From the NCBI GenBank assembly GCA_965645245.1, contig OZ287068.1, positions 806,001-870,000 of the forward strand: DNA of 64,000 bases. Direction: 5' to 3'. Below the pieces are notes generated by a model. The model ran no database searches and was not told the DNA's origin. It worked only from the letters and a program-made list of their open reading frames with translations. The position numbers and the translations under genes are program-made. Below are positions 49,008 through 61,574 of this stretch, piece after piece. Source of the stretch: Massalongia carnosa (Eukaryota). Numbering within the stretch: the first letter of the stretch is position 1; each line of letters begins with the position of its first letter.

Positions 49008-50590
49008 TACTCCCCTCTTCCGTTTCGTTCTGGCTCTCTCCAGTATCGGTGACGGATGGAAAAAAGCTTCGTGATCTTTACCACCTATGTATGTTAACCA
49101 TCTTCCGATTGGAGGTTGTTTCCCCCCCCGGCTACACCTTGGGGGCAGGTGTAACTGTCTGTGTGAAGTAAGGCCTGTACGAATTCTTTTTGTAGGGAAA
49201 CGCGGTTTACAAGAACGGGGCAGGGGGCCAGCGAAGTCGGAGCTGTTATGTTTGGCAGGTGGAGGTTCGGTGTAGGTAGTTTAGTCCGCCAAGCAATAGG
49301 AGATTGATTGGTTTTACTGGACGGACATGATCTCCCAGTTTTTTTCCCCTTTCCTTTCTAAGCCGTTTTCCTCCTTCCCTTTGCGCGCTCTTCAACCTAT
49401 CTTTCCTCCCATGCTCATTTTTTTTCGGTTCCTATACCATTCATTCATTCATTCATTATCCTAGCCTCCTCCCTTCTCCAAAAAATAAAAAAGCTTAAGA
49501 AAAACAAACCGTTTTAAAATATATATATATATAATATATATACACACTAACTATGATGACACCTCCCGTAAAGCCATACTTGTACTGCTGCTCGACTCTA
49601 CATTTTCCATTTCCCAATCCGAGCCCCGTTTGTCTGCATCCGGTAGCTTTCTATAACTATGGGGGACGGGTTTTTTCTAGAACCTAGATCGAGTGCGTAT
49701 TTAGATAACAATGATGGATGTATGTAGACACATACATACCCTATTTCTTTCCTCATTTCCCTTTCCGTGAATGCTTTATTGCATGTACAAATACGTAGGT
49801 GCTTGTGGGGGGGGGGGGGGTTTGGTTGGTTCCAGATCGACCTTTCTAACCATACAAAGTAGGTACGATATAATTCGGCATGCTAGTGGTAGCGTCGGGG
49901 TCAATTGTAAAGTTGCCCCGTGCCCGTGGGGCAATCTGTCGATGCTGTTGTGTTGGGCTGAGTTGACTTGAGCGTAGCTGGGATTGATGGATAGGTAGAT
50001 ATAAGACCACTTGATAATATTGGCTGGTTGATGAGTGTAAGGGGGAGGGGAGAAGGGTTTAAAGTAAGGCACAATCAATGAAGCTATAAGATGGGGCTTG
50101 GATGCAGATCGCCTGAACCTCTGAGGACTCTGACGGTAGTTTGAAAATTGGCAGAGGGAAGTGGTGGGAAAAGGTGCTTGATTTCTCGCGCACGTGCACG
50201 TAAGGGTTTTCGCAGAGTTTTTCGTCTTCATTGTTTTTCAATATAAACCTTAATGGAAAGGAGTCGAAGAGTGGAGAGTGATCTAATAATGTTAAGTTCG
50301 TGCGATGAGGTCGAGGACCTTGCAGGAGGAAACGGTGGCAAAACCCAAAGACAACTTGACAGAGGAGTTCAAGGTTGGCTCCTTGTTTGGAAGAACGAAC
50401 GGCGGAAGAAATTTATACTTTTTGATAGCGACGCATACCAATCAATTCCCTATTCCCTCCCCTCTTGTCGCAAAACACCCTCACCATAAGCGTTGCTCGG
50501 AGAAGTCTTACACCCAAATTCAATCAACGCAAAAATAACGAAGCAGATCTCAGGATACTGAAGTATATAGGTATATCAGCCGTTTCGAAC

Positions 50591-52031
50591 TTATAGGATA
50601 GCCTTTCCTCGATAGTCCGGCCACAGCTTCTGCATTTTCAGGTACATGTCCCGCATGCCCTCTTTGCTGGAGGCCTCGCCGTCGTGAATAACCGGGGGAT
50701 CCATGATGGCGGGAAACTGAGGGATTGGTTGCTGCGGCTTACTGTGGTGCTCAGCAATGCTGGCGAGGTAGGCAAGATTGGCCTGTAGGCGACGCATATA
50801 TCTATTTCAAGAGGGAATGGGAGTTTAGAATATTATATACCTTGGGATTTGGAAGACTAATCAGAGGCAACGGAGAAAAGAGCATACTCTATAGCCGTTT
50901 TTCCAAGTGGTGGAAGTTTGGGCTGATCCGATGGCGTGGTAGAGGAACCATCCCCGGGGGGAGATGATTCCTGCACCTCTGCTGGCATGTCGGCCCTTGA
51001 AGCATTTTGTAGGTTGATGATTTCATGAAGCAGAACGTTGTTAATATCCAAGAGGGTGGTTACGCGCTGTGCTTCAAGAGTAGAGGGGCTGGAAATCTCC
51101 AAGGCTGGCTTTGAAGGTTCAGAGGCTGGGATGAGAGGCGTCGTTGCCGGCTGGGGTTGAGAGGAGGGCAAGGGAGCGGTCGACCTGGGTTGAGGCTGAT
51201 GTAGCGGCGGGGAGAAGGTGGAAACGGGAGCTGACGAGACGGTAGTCGCCATGTGCTGCTGCTGCTGCTGCTGCTGTGGATGCAGCGGCGGATTATAGTA
51301 AAGATTTGGTTGTGCTGAAAAGTACGAGAAGTTAATATAAACGAAGGGGTGAAAGAGATGAAAGAAAAAGGGTTCGATCCGAAAGATCTGCACGCACCGT
51401 GCTGGACATACGGCTCATGCATCTGACGCTGCTGCTCATCATTTGTGCCCAAGGGCCATCGATCTATGGTCCTTTGGGGTTGCAGGTAGGATCTTCTCGG
51501 GAAAGTAGCGTCAGGCACGGTGGATGGCGGGGCCATGGACGTTGGACGGCCATTGTTCGTCAAGTCATGGATCTGGCCCTGGCTATGGCTTTGGGTCTGG
51601 TTCGGATTCTGGGTTTGGGTTTGGTTTTGGTTCTGGTGCTGGTTCGGGTTCGGCACATGCGCATGAACACCCGCGGCCTGCGGCTGAATCAAAGAAGGCA
51701 GAGGCGAAGGCGACGGAGATGGATTATTTGTGTAGGGAGAAGGGTTCGGATAAAACTGCTGATGCTGCTGATGTTGCTGATGCTGGTGCTGTTGCTGGTG
51801 CTGGTGCTGGTGCTGTTGCTGGTGCTGGGACGGTGGCTGGCGGTACAAGGCGGGTAGTCCTGCATGGTTTGCAGCAGTAGCATGGACGAAGTTGGGGATA
51901 GGATTGGGATTGGGATTGGGGATGGGATTGGGATTGGGAATGGGCGTGGACGCGGGCGTAGGCGTTGGCGTAGGTGTGGGATTAGGAAGCTCGGCGAAAG
52001 TGGTAGGGGCGTAACTGCTTGGATAGGCCAT
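50591..52031 (-). CDS. Gln/His/Pro-rich protein with SS18/Snf11 (SSXT-like) SWI/SNF-subunit domain, spliced
   Basis: RVTTLLDINNVLLHEIINLQN...EY|MRRLQANLAYLASIAE; poly-Q/QH tracts. Confidence 0.7.
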
Positions 52032-52789
52032 TATAATACCGATAATAACAATAATAACAACAACCGTCGCAGGCTAAGCATTATGATACCGCAGGCATCC
52101 ACTCAGTCACTTCCGTGGCAGCGATAGGAACAAGGCGCAACAATAATCCGGGTGGTATGATCGAATGTTGGAAAAGGGGGGGGAAGAGGCAATCCGATCA
52201 CCTTCAACGATTCTCGTCCGTTCTCTCTGTACTGAGTTACAGGCCAGAGAGAGTGTGAGAGCGTGTACAGCGTACAGAGTACGTCGTGCGGGGAGTTCGG
52301 GTGGCACGGGGGACGAAAGGGAATGCGGACGCAATGCAGAGTTTGTGCATTTGTGCATGGTGCAGCTGCGTCGGAAAAGCGCATGGTCGATGCAGGTCAT
52401 TGATTGGTCATCAGATGAACCAAGAGCTCCTTGTGATTGGCCGTCAGTCCATCCTGGCATGCCAGCGTCCCCACCTGCCGCACGCCCATGCATGGATCTG
52501 ACTCCGCACTGGATACCCTGACCACCCAACACAAACTTTAAATCGATATTAAGGACAAAGAGGCCAAGGCATCGATGATCGGAACGATGGAAGGCATCGT
52601 ATAGAGTATCGTCGAACCATTTCTCCCGCGACAACCTAATTCACACGCAAAGCCAAATGCCACTTGGGCCAAAGACCTGAAGACCTGGAGGTGAAAAGGA
52701 GAAAAACATAGAGTAACCCGCTACAGATGTAATGGCTACTCCATATCGATAATATTTGATATGACTACTCGGGATGTTGACTGCAGTTA

Positions 52790-52955
52790 CCCTCTCGCTG
52801 GTGAATTGGCAACCATCCTTTTCAGGCCCTTTCAGACTGAACCCCAGATCAGGCTTAATAACTTTTATCAATAGCATCAGGTCTCCAACTCTAAACTAAT
52901 ACTAAGCCTGATCTGATTGGTTTGGAAAGGGGGTGCCAATCACCCAGCGAAAGGG
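52790..52955. repeat. Degenerate MITE-like inverted repeat
   Basis: Outer arms CCCTCTCGCTGG / CCAGCGAAAGGG; perfect inner 13-bp arms CAGATCAGGCTTA (52845-57) / TAAGCCTGATCTG (52903-15). Confidence 0.6.
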
Positions 52956-53020
52956 ATAAAGCCCCATCGAGCCTAGCTTGACTACTACTATGTACATAGC
53001 TATATTGCTGGACCCTCGGT

Positions 53021-55345
53021 CTAATCGTCGGCTCGCTTAGTGGGATCCGACTCGGAGGCCGTCATCTCCCGATTCGAAACCTGGATCGAAAGACACAAAA
53101 TCATCTCGTAGCCATGCTTCTTCTTCTGGAATGTCCGGAATGTTCGAAATGTTCGAAATGCCTCCATTTCTAGCTTCAGTCTCATCTACAATAAATGTGA
53201 CGTCTTCTTCAACATTGGCACGAGCAGATGCAGATGGATTCTTTCTGGCTTCTTTTTTCGCTTCCTCAGCTATCCACACCTCATTCGTCGCTTTCCATAA
53301 TGCCTCGGGGTCAGGAATCTCCTCATACATCTCAACTGAGATGGCACCGAGCCCTTTCTGCATCTCTTTTAGTCGTTTGACTCGATCCCTTTCTGCTTTT
53401 CGAGCAGTCACCCCTTTGACATGAATTTCGTCTCTTTCCGTTCTCCACAACTTCATGAAGTTATTATTCTCCTTCTTCTTCTCAATTTCCTGATCTTTTT
53501 GTAGCTTCATGGCTATAGCTTGCTTCGCATCTTCAGCGGTTATTCCCAATCTTCCGATTTCAGGTCTCAATCTTTTACGAGATATTCGTCTGTTGTTTAG
53601 CTGATTCGTTCTTTGCTGCTGATACATTTCAAGCTCCGCTTCTCCGAGTATAGACTTCGAAATGATCTCTTTCGTACCAGCTATAAAAGAATCAAATTCC
53701 CCTGCTCGGGCGGGATCACTCCATTGCATAGATTCTGAATTTTTGACCCTTATTGACGCAATCCATGTTCTATGTCGACTATATCCCTAGGTTGTATTTG
53801 ACGAGGTAGAGGAAGTGAGGGCTGATCAGTCAGATCAGAATTGTTCAGACTAGAATTGTCGAGAATGAATTGTTTCAGCTGACGAATGCATGCTTCTGGA
53901 TTGACCGGCCACATTCCCGAATTTTCAAATGCATGTCGGATTGTAGAAGCTTTGAATGTCTGGTTTCTAATTTTGATCAAATCCTGAAGAAACCGAGTCA
54001 GGGAATACTCGACAAATGACGATGCAACATTCTCCTCAATAGCCTGTTGATGCCAGTGTTTATAGGGCTGAAATACGCCGACATCCAATGGCTGCATGCA
54101 ATGAGTCAAATGTGGAATTAGTGGGTAGGGACGAATGTGATTTTCATTGGCCAGAAGTACAAATTCAGGAGTAACGTGACTGCCATGATTATCCATCAGG
54201 AGCAATTTCCAATCTGCATTAGGTCCTGCATCCGAATTTTGAATGAGATGCTTCAAATATTCAATTGCTATCTTATCAGATGTGAAACCACTGTCGGAAG
54301 GCACAATACGCGTGCCCACCGGCAAATCCTCCGAAAACCACGTCGCCATGATTTCCTGACCCTGTATGATGATCATGGGGGGAGGGGGATAGTCGCCAGC
54401 AGCATTGATCGTCTCAATGACCGTCGCAGATCTGCGATTCTCCGGGCTGACGGCGTAGAATTGCTTGATTTCCATAGGAACGTAGATTTCCTGACCCTTC
54501 ATGCATCCAATTCGAAAACCAGCTTCATCAAAGTTTAGAATGTTTCGTCTTCTTCTGATTTTCAATTCTCTCAATACCTCTTTGTAGCCATCAAACCATT
54601 TGATCACATCTGATTCTTCAGCGGCTTCAAAGCGAATCATTGGTAATGGTTTGGTCTTAATCTTGTGTAAATTGCTACGTTTCCACCAAGACCGAAACCA
54701 TCGTCTTGATGGAGCTTTTAATTTATGAGCCTTTCTCAGACTTACAATTGCATTAAAGCCCATGTGATGCGTAGGTGGAATTCCATGTATCAATAAGGAT
54801 TTAATGAATCCATCTAAAGCCCTAGCTTCATGCTCTTTCAGTATCTGATTTTCTCCCCCTTTTTTTTCCCTTCTTTTTTCTGTCCTTCTTTCGGATGACG
54901 ACGAACAAAAGACGTCAACGTTTTAACGTTGACATTGTAGATTTTTGACGCAGCAGCCTTGCTTTCTTCGGGATGATCAATCAGAAATTGCTTCGCTTCT
55001 TCCAATCTTTCCATGGGGCTGAGAGTGGAAACCAAGATTGAGGCATTATTTTCCATGGTACGAAGGGAGGTTGAAAACGTCTTTTCGAAAGTTGCAAATG
55101 CGATAATAAAGGATCGGAAATTGAGGGGGGGGGATAATTTTGATGACAACGATGACGATGACGATGCTTTCAAGCTTTTTACGATATTAAGTAATGATTG
55201 ATCAATGTGGTTGAGGGTAAAAGGTGAAAAATGGTCAAAATTTCAGTTTGAATGGATGCAAATCGCTTTCCGGATGCAAATCGCTTTCCCCGACTAGGAG
55301 GCGACGGCCTCCGAGTCGGATCCCACTAAGCGAGCCGACGATTAG
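53021..55345 (-). mobile_element. Fot1/pogo-like element (DD35D) with only its 5' TIR, enclosed by a 49-bp inverted duplication
   Basis: TIR-like GTCGGGGAAAGCGATTTGCATCCGGAAAGCGATTTGCATCC ends at 55294 next to TA; no counterpart on the left; 53021-53069 is the reverse complement of 55297-55345 (47/49). Confidence 0.8.
53037..55056 (-). pseudogene. Fot1/pogo transposase, frameshifted with an internal stop
   Basis: LNFDEAGF, LLMDNHGSH, MQPLDVGVF; breaks near 54850 and 53750. Confidence 0.88.
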
Positions 55346-55460
55346 CTGGTTATTCATCTTTTCATCTTTTCACACACCAACTAACCTCATATATATTTCA
55401 CGGAGTCATGACGACAGATGATAGATTACTGCCACGACAAAACACCTCTAAACCCCCACC

Positions 55461-56885
55461 ATGGGAAAAGGTCCTTCGCCGTTCAACTTGTCAACCTGTG
55501 CGAGACCCAATATATTAGTGTTGCAACCGTACAGATGTGCCAGGGAGTAAAATCCCACCAAGATCATTCTACTAAGGGGCGCGTTACTGACGAGCTAGTG
55601 ATTACAAAGATGATGGGTCCAATATTCTTCTGGACGCGAACGAAAATGCCTACGGACCTAGCTTGGATGTGAAGCAGCAGAGACGTCGCCATATTGAGGA
55701 TCGAAACGACCGTGACCGTGACCGTGCCCAGGTGGAGGTTGACTTTCTCGGTCTAAACAGATACCCTGATCCGTACGCAAATGATGAACGTTTACTGCGA
55801 ACCGCGTACTAATGACCAACAGGCATCAGTTGGAGCTCAAAGAGCGACTATGCAAGTTCCGCAACACGCACACTCATACGCCAAGGACCTTACGCCCAAA
55901 AAACATTTTTGTTGGCGTGGGTTCGGATGAAGTCATCGATGCTCTCTTGCGCTGTTTTTGCAGACCAGGTTATGAAAAGATCCTAACATGTCCTCCGACG
56001 TACGGGATGTATGCCGTCAGCGCTCAGGTCAACGATCTCGGTATCGTCAAAGTCCCCTTAGATGCCGCAACAGCATTCTCTTTACAGCCGCAAGCAATCA
56101 ACGCAGCGCTTTCGTCAGATCCATCCATCAAGATCGTATATATTTGCTCTCCTGGAAACCCCACTGGTGGTCTCATCTCCAAGTCCGATATACAGCAAGT
56201 CCTCGACCACCCTACGTGGAATGGCGTGGTCGTCCTCGACGAAGCTTACATTGACTTCGCTCCTGACGGATCAAGTCTGGCGGAATGGGTTACCGATTGG
56301 CCCAACCTGGTTGTCATGCAAACTCTCAGCAAAGCGTTTGGACTTGCCGGGATACGGCTGGGTGCGGCCTTTACGTCTCCTGAAATTGCTGGCCTTCTGA
56401 ACAATCTTAAAGCGCCCTACAACATCTCAAGTCCGACAAGCGCAGTGGCTAACGCTGCGCTGCAGCCAAAGAATATTGCCGTGATGCGAAGCAACAGGGA
56501 AAAGATTGTTAAGCAACGAGCCAGGCTGCTACGGGAGTTACCAAAGGTATCTGGCATTGGGAGATTCTTGGGGGGTTCGGAGTCGAACTTTCTGCTGGTC
56601 GAAATACTGGACAAGCCTCGAGAACGAGGCGGAAGGCCGAGCAACGAGACTGCATTGGCATTGTATGAGTCTTTGGCCGAGACCAGAGGTGTTGTGGTAA
56701 GATTTCGCGGAAAGGAGGTTGGATGCGAAGGATGCCTCCGAGTCACGGTTGGGACGTCTGAGGAAGTCGACAGGTTTCTACTTGAGACGCAGAAAACGTT
56801 GGCAGATATATTCCGAGGAGAAGGGAAGGTGAATGGGCTGGAGGGGGATGTGGAGGAACACGAAGCCAATGATGTGATGTCATAG
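55461..56885 (+). CDS. HIS5: Histidinol-phosphate aminotransferase (2 introns)
   Basis: ARPNILVLQPYRCARDDY; LLDANENAYG; GVGSDEVID; CSPGNPTG; VLDEAYIDF; QTLSKAFGLAGIRLG; CLRVTVGT. Confidence 0.96.
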
Positions 56886-57902
56886 ACGATCTCGCCATCC
56901 TCTCTCAATTCATCTGTCAAATGGTAATTGCATTGACACCTTTTTCCTCGTGCAGAAATATGCACATTCCATGTGAAGGCGTCGCATTCTGCACCAGTCC
57001 CCCCTTTCCCACCTGGACAATGTGGCACGTTTGGATGGAAGTTGGAAGCAGGAGTTCGTAGGTCGTGGTAGAATACGGAATATAACCAGACACGATTAAA
57101 AGATCGGGGTTATGAGGGAAAAAGCCTCATCGGGGCTAAAGAACGCTCCGGGTCTAGGTCGACGCGGGTAAACAGGGATCGTGGGAGCACCTTTATGATT
57201 TTCCCATTTCCATCTCAACAAGTGACAGCTCATCGATGTTGCTTGACTTCTTCAGTCGGAGCCCACTCAAATGGTTTTCTGATTTCCTGCTGAGCCGCTG
57301 CATTCATTCGTTGATGCTGCTTCCTACATTCTCCGCCATCTCTCGCTCACCGTCATCACCGTGGTCATCCGTCGTCAAACTCGTGATTGTGTGCGCTTTC
57401 TTCAGCTGACATGCCGACAGTTGGTGCAATTGGAATCGATAGCATCGTTGGATTCACTGCAAACTCAAAATAGTGATCTTTTTTAAACCTTACACTACCA
57501 GGCAGCTACTCCATCCTCATTCTGTGACTTGCGAACAGTGAGACAAGGAACCGGCGCAGGTACCGCAAGGCTGTTACGCCCCAAAGTCATTCTGAGTTGT
57601 TGCTGTGCGTCACAAGGGTCCGATTTCCGGTCTTGGACAACGCCTCCTAGAATTCATCACGCGAATGCTCATCATTTGTTCCTTGTTTGGTATTTCTGCT
57701 CTGCCTCGACCTCTGAATACACACAGCTTGTTGTTAAACAGCACGGCGGGAAACAGTACGCCCCTTGGGTACTACTTCGGCTGAAGTTCAACTCTAGCTT
57801 GATATCACGATAAGATGCGTTGACGGAGCAGAACCCCCGATCGCCAAGTGGTCTCAACGGTGTCTGAGGTCACCTCTCGCCCGACGACGACGCTGGGTCA
57901 AG

Positions 57903-60900
57903 ATGGTCAAAGCTGACCTTCACTGCGACTACTATGGGGATCTGGAGCTAAAACCTACAGCAGATGCTAATGAGATAAAAAAGCAATATAGAAAGCTTGG
58001 TATGATGACAGCTATCTTTGGGTTGGCCTGGTCTTTTACTAACTGCTAGGTTACAGCCCTCAAGTATCATCCAGATCGAAATCCCGGGAAGGAGGTGGAG
58101 TTCAATTCGAAGTTCCAAGCAATACAAGCTGCCCATGATATACTTGTAGACCCACAGCTTCGAGCCAAATATGATGCCGACCGAATCCGGGCTGGGATGC
58201 TCCATACCTACACTTCAACCTCACGGCCGAATATGCCTCCCAGATCCCCTAATACCAATTACCCCCCTCCCCCTCCCCCTCGGCCCCCCCCATCTTCTGC
58301 CCCGAAGCCCAACTATCCGCCTCCTCCACCACCACGAAACAACAGATACTCGAACTTTGGAAGATCGGCTGGGCATTCGTGGACCAGCGCGAGCGCAGAA
58401 GATATCAAGTCCAAGGCGGATGACTTCAAGGCTTGGGAACAGATGAGGCATGGGCAAGGACCCATACCAGGAAGAACTGTGCCACCAAAGGCCCCCAAAC
58501 CTGCTCCCTACTCTCCCGTTCGAGAGGCCGGAAGCGGCATGCCTAAAGACACTATACCGAAGAGGCCGGGTTGGGAGCAGTTTCACGACTCCTCCACAGG
58601 CACTCCTGGTATGTCGAGATCCAAAACTACGCGGGCGCCAAAAAGGACGGGATTTACTCCAGGGACTTTGGGCGGGGACGAGCCGCAGGCACGACATCAT
58701 TCGGCGTATTTCAACATCACAAAAGAACGATTCAGAGCTAGCGCTCAGTTTTCACCCCCACCACCGTCGAGGCCTATAAGTACCCCACAAAAGACCGATC
58801 CGGTGCACGGCTTCAACGGGCCAGCACCCGAAAACCCATTCTCCAAAACAGCTCGGGTGAGCACGCCGTATGCCACCGCAGGCGGGGAGAAAACATATTT
58901 CTCCAGTCATGGTCTCGGAACACCTGGCAGCTGGAGGGAGGGCAGGCGTGAATCCGAGTATGATGGCGAGTTTACCAACGCTGAGAACTTACGCCCACGG
59001 GCAACGTCTGCTAGGCCTTCTCGCAACCAAAGCGCAAGCCCACACGGGGCAAACGTTAGGCGCCAAACGCCAATATCGTCGTCGTCGTCATCAGCGTCGT
59101 CTTCTGACGAAAGCCTTCAGATGGGAGATGAAGCGAACTTCTACGCATCAGCTAAGCAATCGAACGAGGCAAAGCGCGCGCAGGCTCGCAATGCACCCGA
59201 CAGCCATCGACGACCCCCATTCCAGCCTTCGGCTAAAGCAGAAGATGTTGAGGATGAAGACAGAGCGCATCCCGGTCAGGGCAACACTGTCCACGGCGCT
59301 GCCAACGATTCGCGAAAGCGTCAAGCGTCAAATCAGATCCCTCGCGATGTCGGTGCGGATTTTCCGGAAGGCTTCATGGGACCTCGATTGAATCGTGATG
59401 CCGAGAAAACCCAACACCAACCGTTCCCAAATTTCGCCTCCAAAGCGTACACCCCGTCGAACCAGAAAGCTTCACAGCGTCCTCTACCCCGGCCCCGAAG
59501 CTGGCATGATAGTAACGGATTGACAGAGGGTCTCATTAGCCCGAGGAGTCGCGCTCGCCGTTCGCCTGACGATCAGAATGGCAAACCCCCCATGTATGAC
59601 CCCCTTGGGACCAGCCCATCTCCTTCTACCCCTTCTTTAAACAAATGGTCTGATCAATGGCCTTTTAACTCTCCAAAGAAGCCCAGGATTTCAACGGCGG
59701 GTTCTCCGCCGTATTGGGCAATTCCTTCGAGCCTAGCTCCTTTGAAACAATCCAAGCTCCCGAACAATCCACCCAAGTATTTTCATTCGCATATCAAGAG
59801 CCAACCTCCGGCTTCGAATATCGCTAATCGTGCCTTACCTCATAGCTTTACCTTTCCTAAAACCGATGCCCAGAAAACTTTCCAACCCACGCCACCCCTC
59901 CGGAGTCAAAGCTCGGAAACGATCAACTTGAACTTCTCGCCTACTGAATGGCATGGTAAGTTTACGAGTAGCACGAATGAATACTTTGTTGCTCCATCAT
60001 CGGCTCGAGGGACTGCGGCGCGCGGAAGGACGTCGCCCGGCAAGAATCGAGTTTTGCATAACAAGCCGCAGTTACCTCAACGAGTCAAGCTGAGCCATAG
60101 GCAAAGCGCCTCAGAAGAAGTTGCAAGCGGACCTGTACCGCCAGCAGCACCCGGCCCACCTCCCTTGGACGATGAAAATAAGTATTCTACGGAGGAGTGG
60201 GCTCAACACTTCAAACCCGCAACGTTTGCGTACCCACCGCCACCTCAACGATCGCCGGCCCGAGGCCCAAGTCGTAAACGTCCCATAGCTTCAAGGAATT
60301 ACCTCAAGCCCGCTAACAAGCGGCCGTCCGTGCCAAAACCTGCTAGCGTGTCAACCGCCGTCGACGATGAGGGAGAGGACCCAGAGGTGACAAGCACTGC
60401 CGAGAGTTTGAGTAGTAAGGCTAGCGATAGCAGCGCTATGGATATTGATCCAGCCTTGACCCCGCCGGCTACTGGTCCCCGGATAAATGGAGAAGTTAAA
60501 ACACCACCGTCCGGCCGCTCGGATAGAACGCCTCGGCCTGCAGTGCCATCGAAAACCAACAATGAGACCAGAGCGGACGAGTTCGATCCTCGCTTGAATC
60601 TTGACGACTTTAAGAACGTTGCCCCTTTTGCCCCTAGCCACGAAGGTCTCACCAATCTTGACGATCTCTCGACCACGTTACCTTTTGAATCGCGTGCGGC
60701 GAGAGGTCGCGTAACCCACTCTCCGCCTCTACAGCTTTTAGCCCTTCCCAATCCGCCCAAAGCGCCACTTGTTCCCAGCAACCTTACGCAAACCGCGTGG
60801 GAGCGCTACATCGCGCAGATGCGCGGATACATGTTCGAGTGGAACGCCTTCAACACGAAGATGCTGAATCACTTCAACGAGCGGCAGGCATCGGTCGAGA

Positions 60901-61100
60901 ACACGCTGAAGCCAGAGTGGATGAGCGCGGTAGGCGAAGGGACGGAGAAGTGGGGGGGATTCCGGACCTATATGCAGGGCGTGGAGGAGGATTTCCGCGT
61001 GCGCGAGCATTGGGATGTCAGCTGGGAGAAGCATCGTCAATGCATGAGGGGCTTGGGCGGGGTTAGGGAACGCTTGCTGGGAAGTTCGGTGAGGGTTTGA
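57903..61100 (+). CDS. DnaJ (J-domain) protein with a long disordered Pro/Ser-rich body
   Basis: MVKADLHCDYYGDLEL...IKKQYRKL|ALKYHPDRNPGKEVEFNSKFQAIQAAHDIL; C-terminal WNAFNTKMLNHF...VREHWDVSWEKH. Confidence 0.9.
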
Positions 61101-61574
61101 TATTTCCGGCTGGTTAGGTCATATGGCTCTTAAGCTCGTGGGCTTGTGGGCTCTTGGGGACTCGGGCATGTTTTCTTTTCAGCTCCATTGATTTTCCACC
61201 GGGCAGGGCAGTGGTCATGCTGGCTCTTACGTTACTGGGATACCTAGCTTTGGTTCCAAGCATTTAGACTTGATTGTCCTCCCGAGTTTAGACATGTCTA
61301 TTCTTGTTATTAAGAGATGCACGAAGTTTGTATTTTAGTTTGTTTGGTTTTTTTTTTTGTTCAATCCAATGACAAAACCCTCTGCTTCCTTCATCATCTG
61401 TTCTTTACGGACTGAATGGACTGAATGCAGGACGGACGGACGGTTGGATCTCGTCGATTGCTTTTTCCTATACGGAGCATATCTATCTATCTACCTGTCA
61501 CTCGGGACAAGCGTCTACTGCTTACCGATTTACATGTTTTTACTTGCTTGGCAAGCTCAAAGCTAACTACCTAC

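Noticed and set aside
49438..49545. (ATTC)n and (TA)n microsatellites, and similar short repeats at ~51255, ~51900, ~55708 and ~62926
   Set aside because: Ordinary simple repeats with no further structure.
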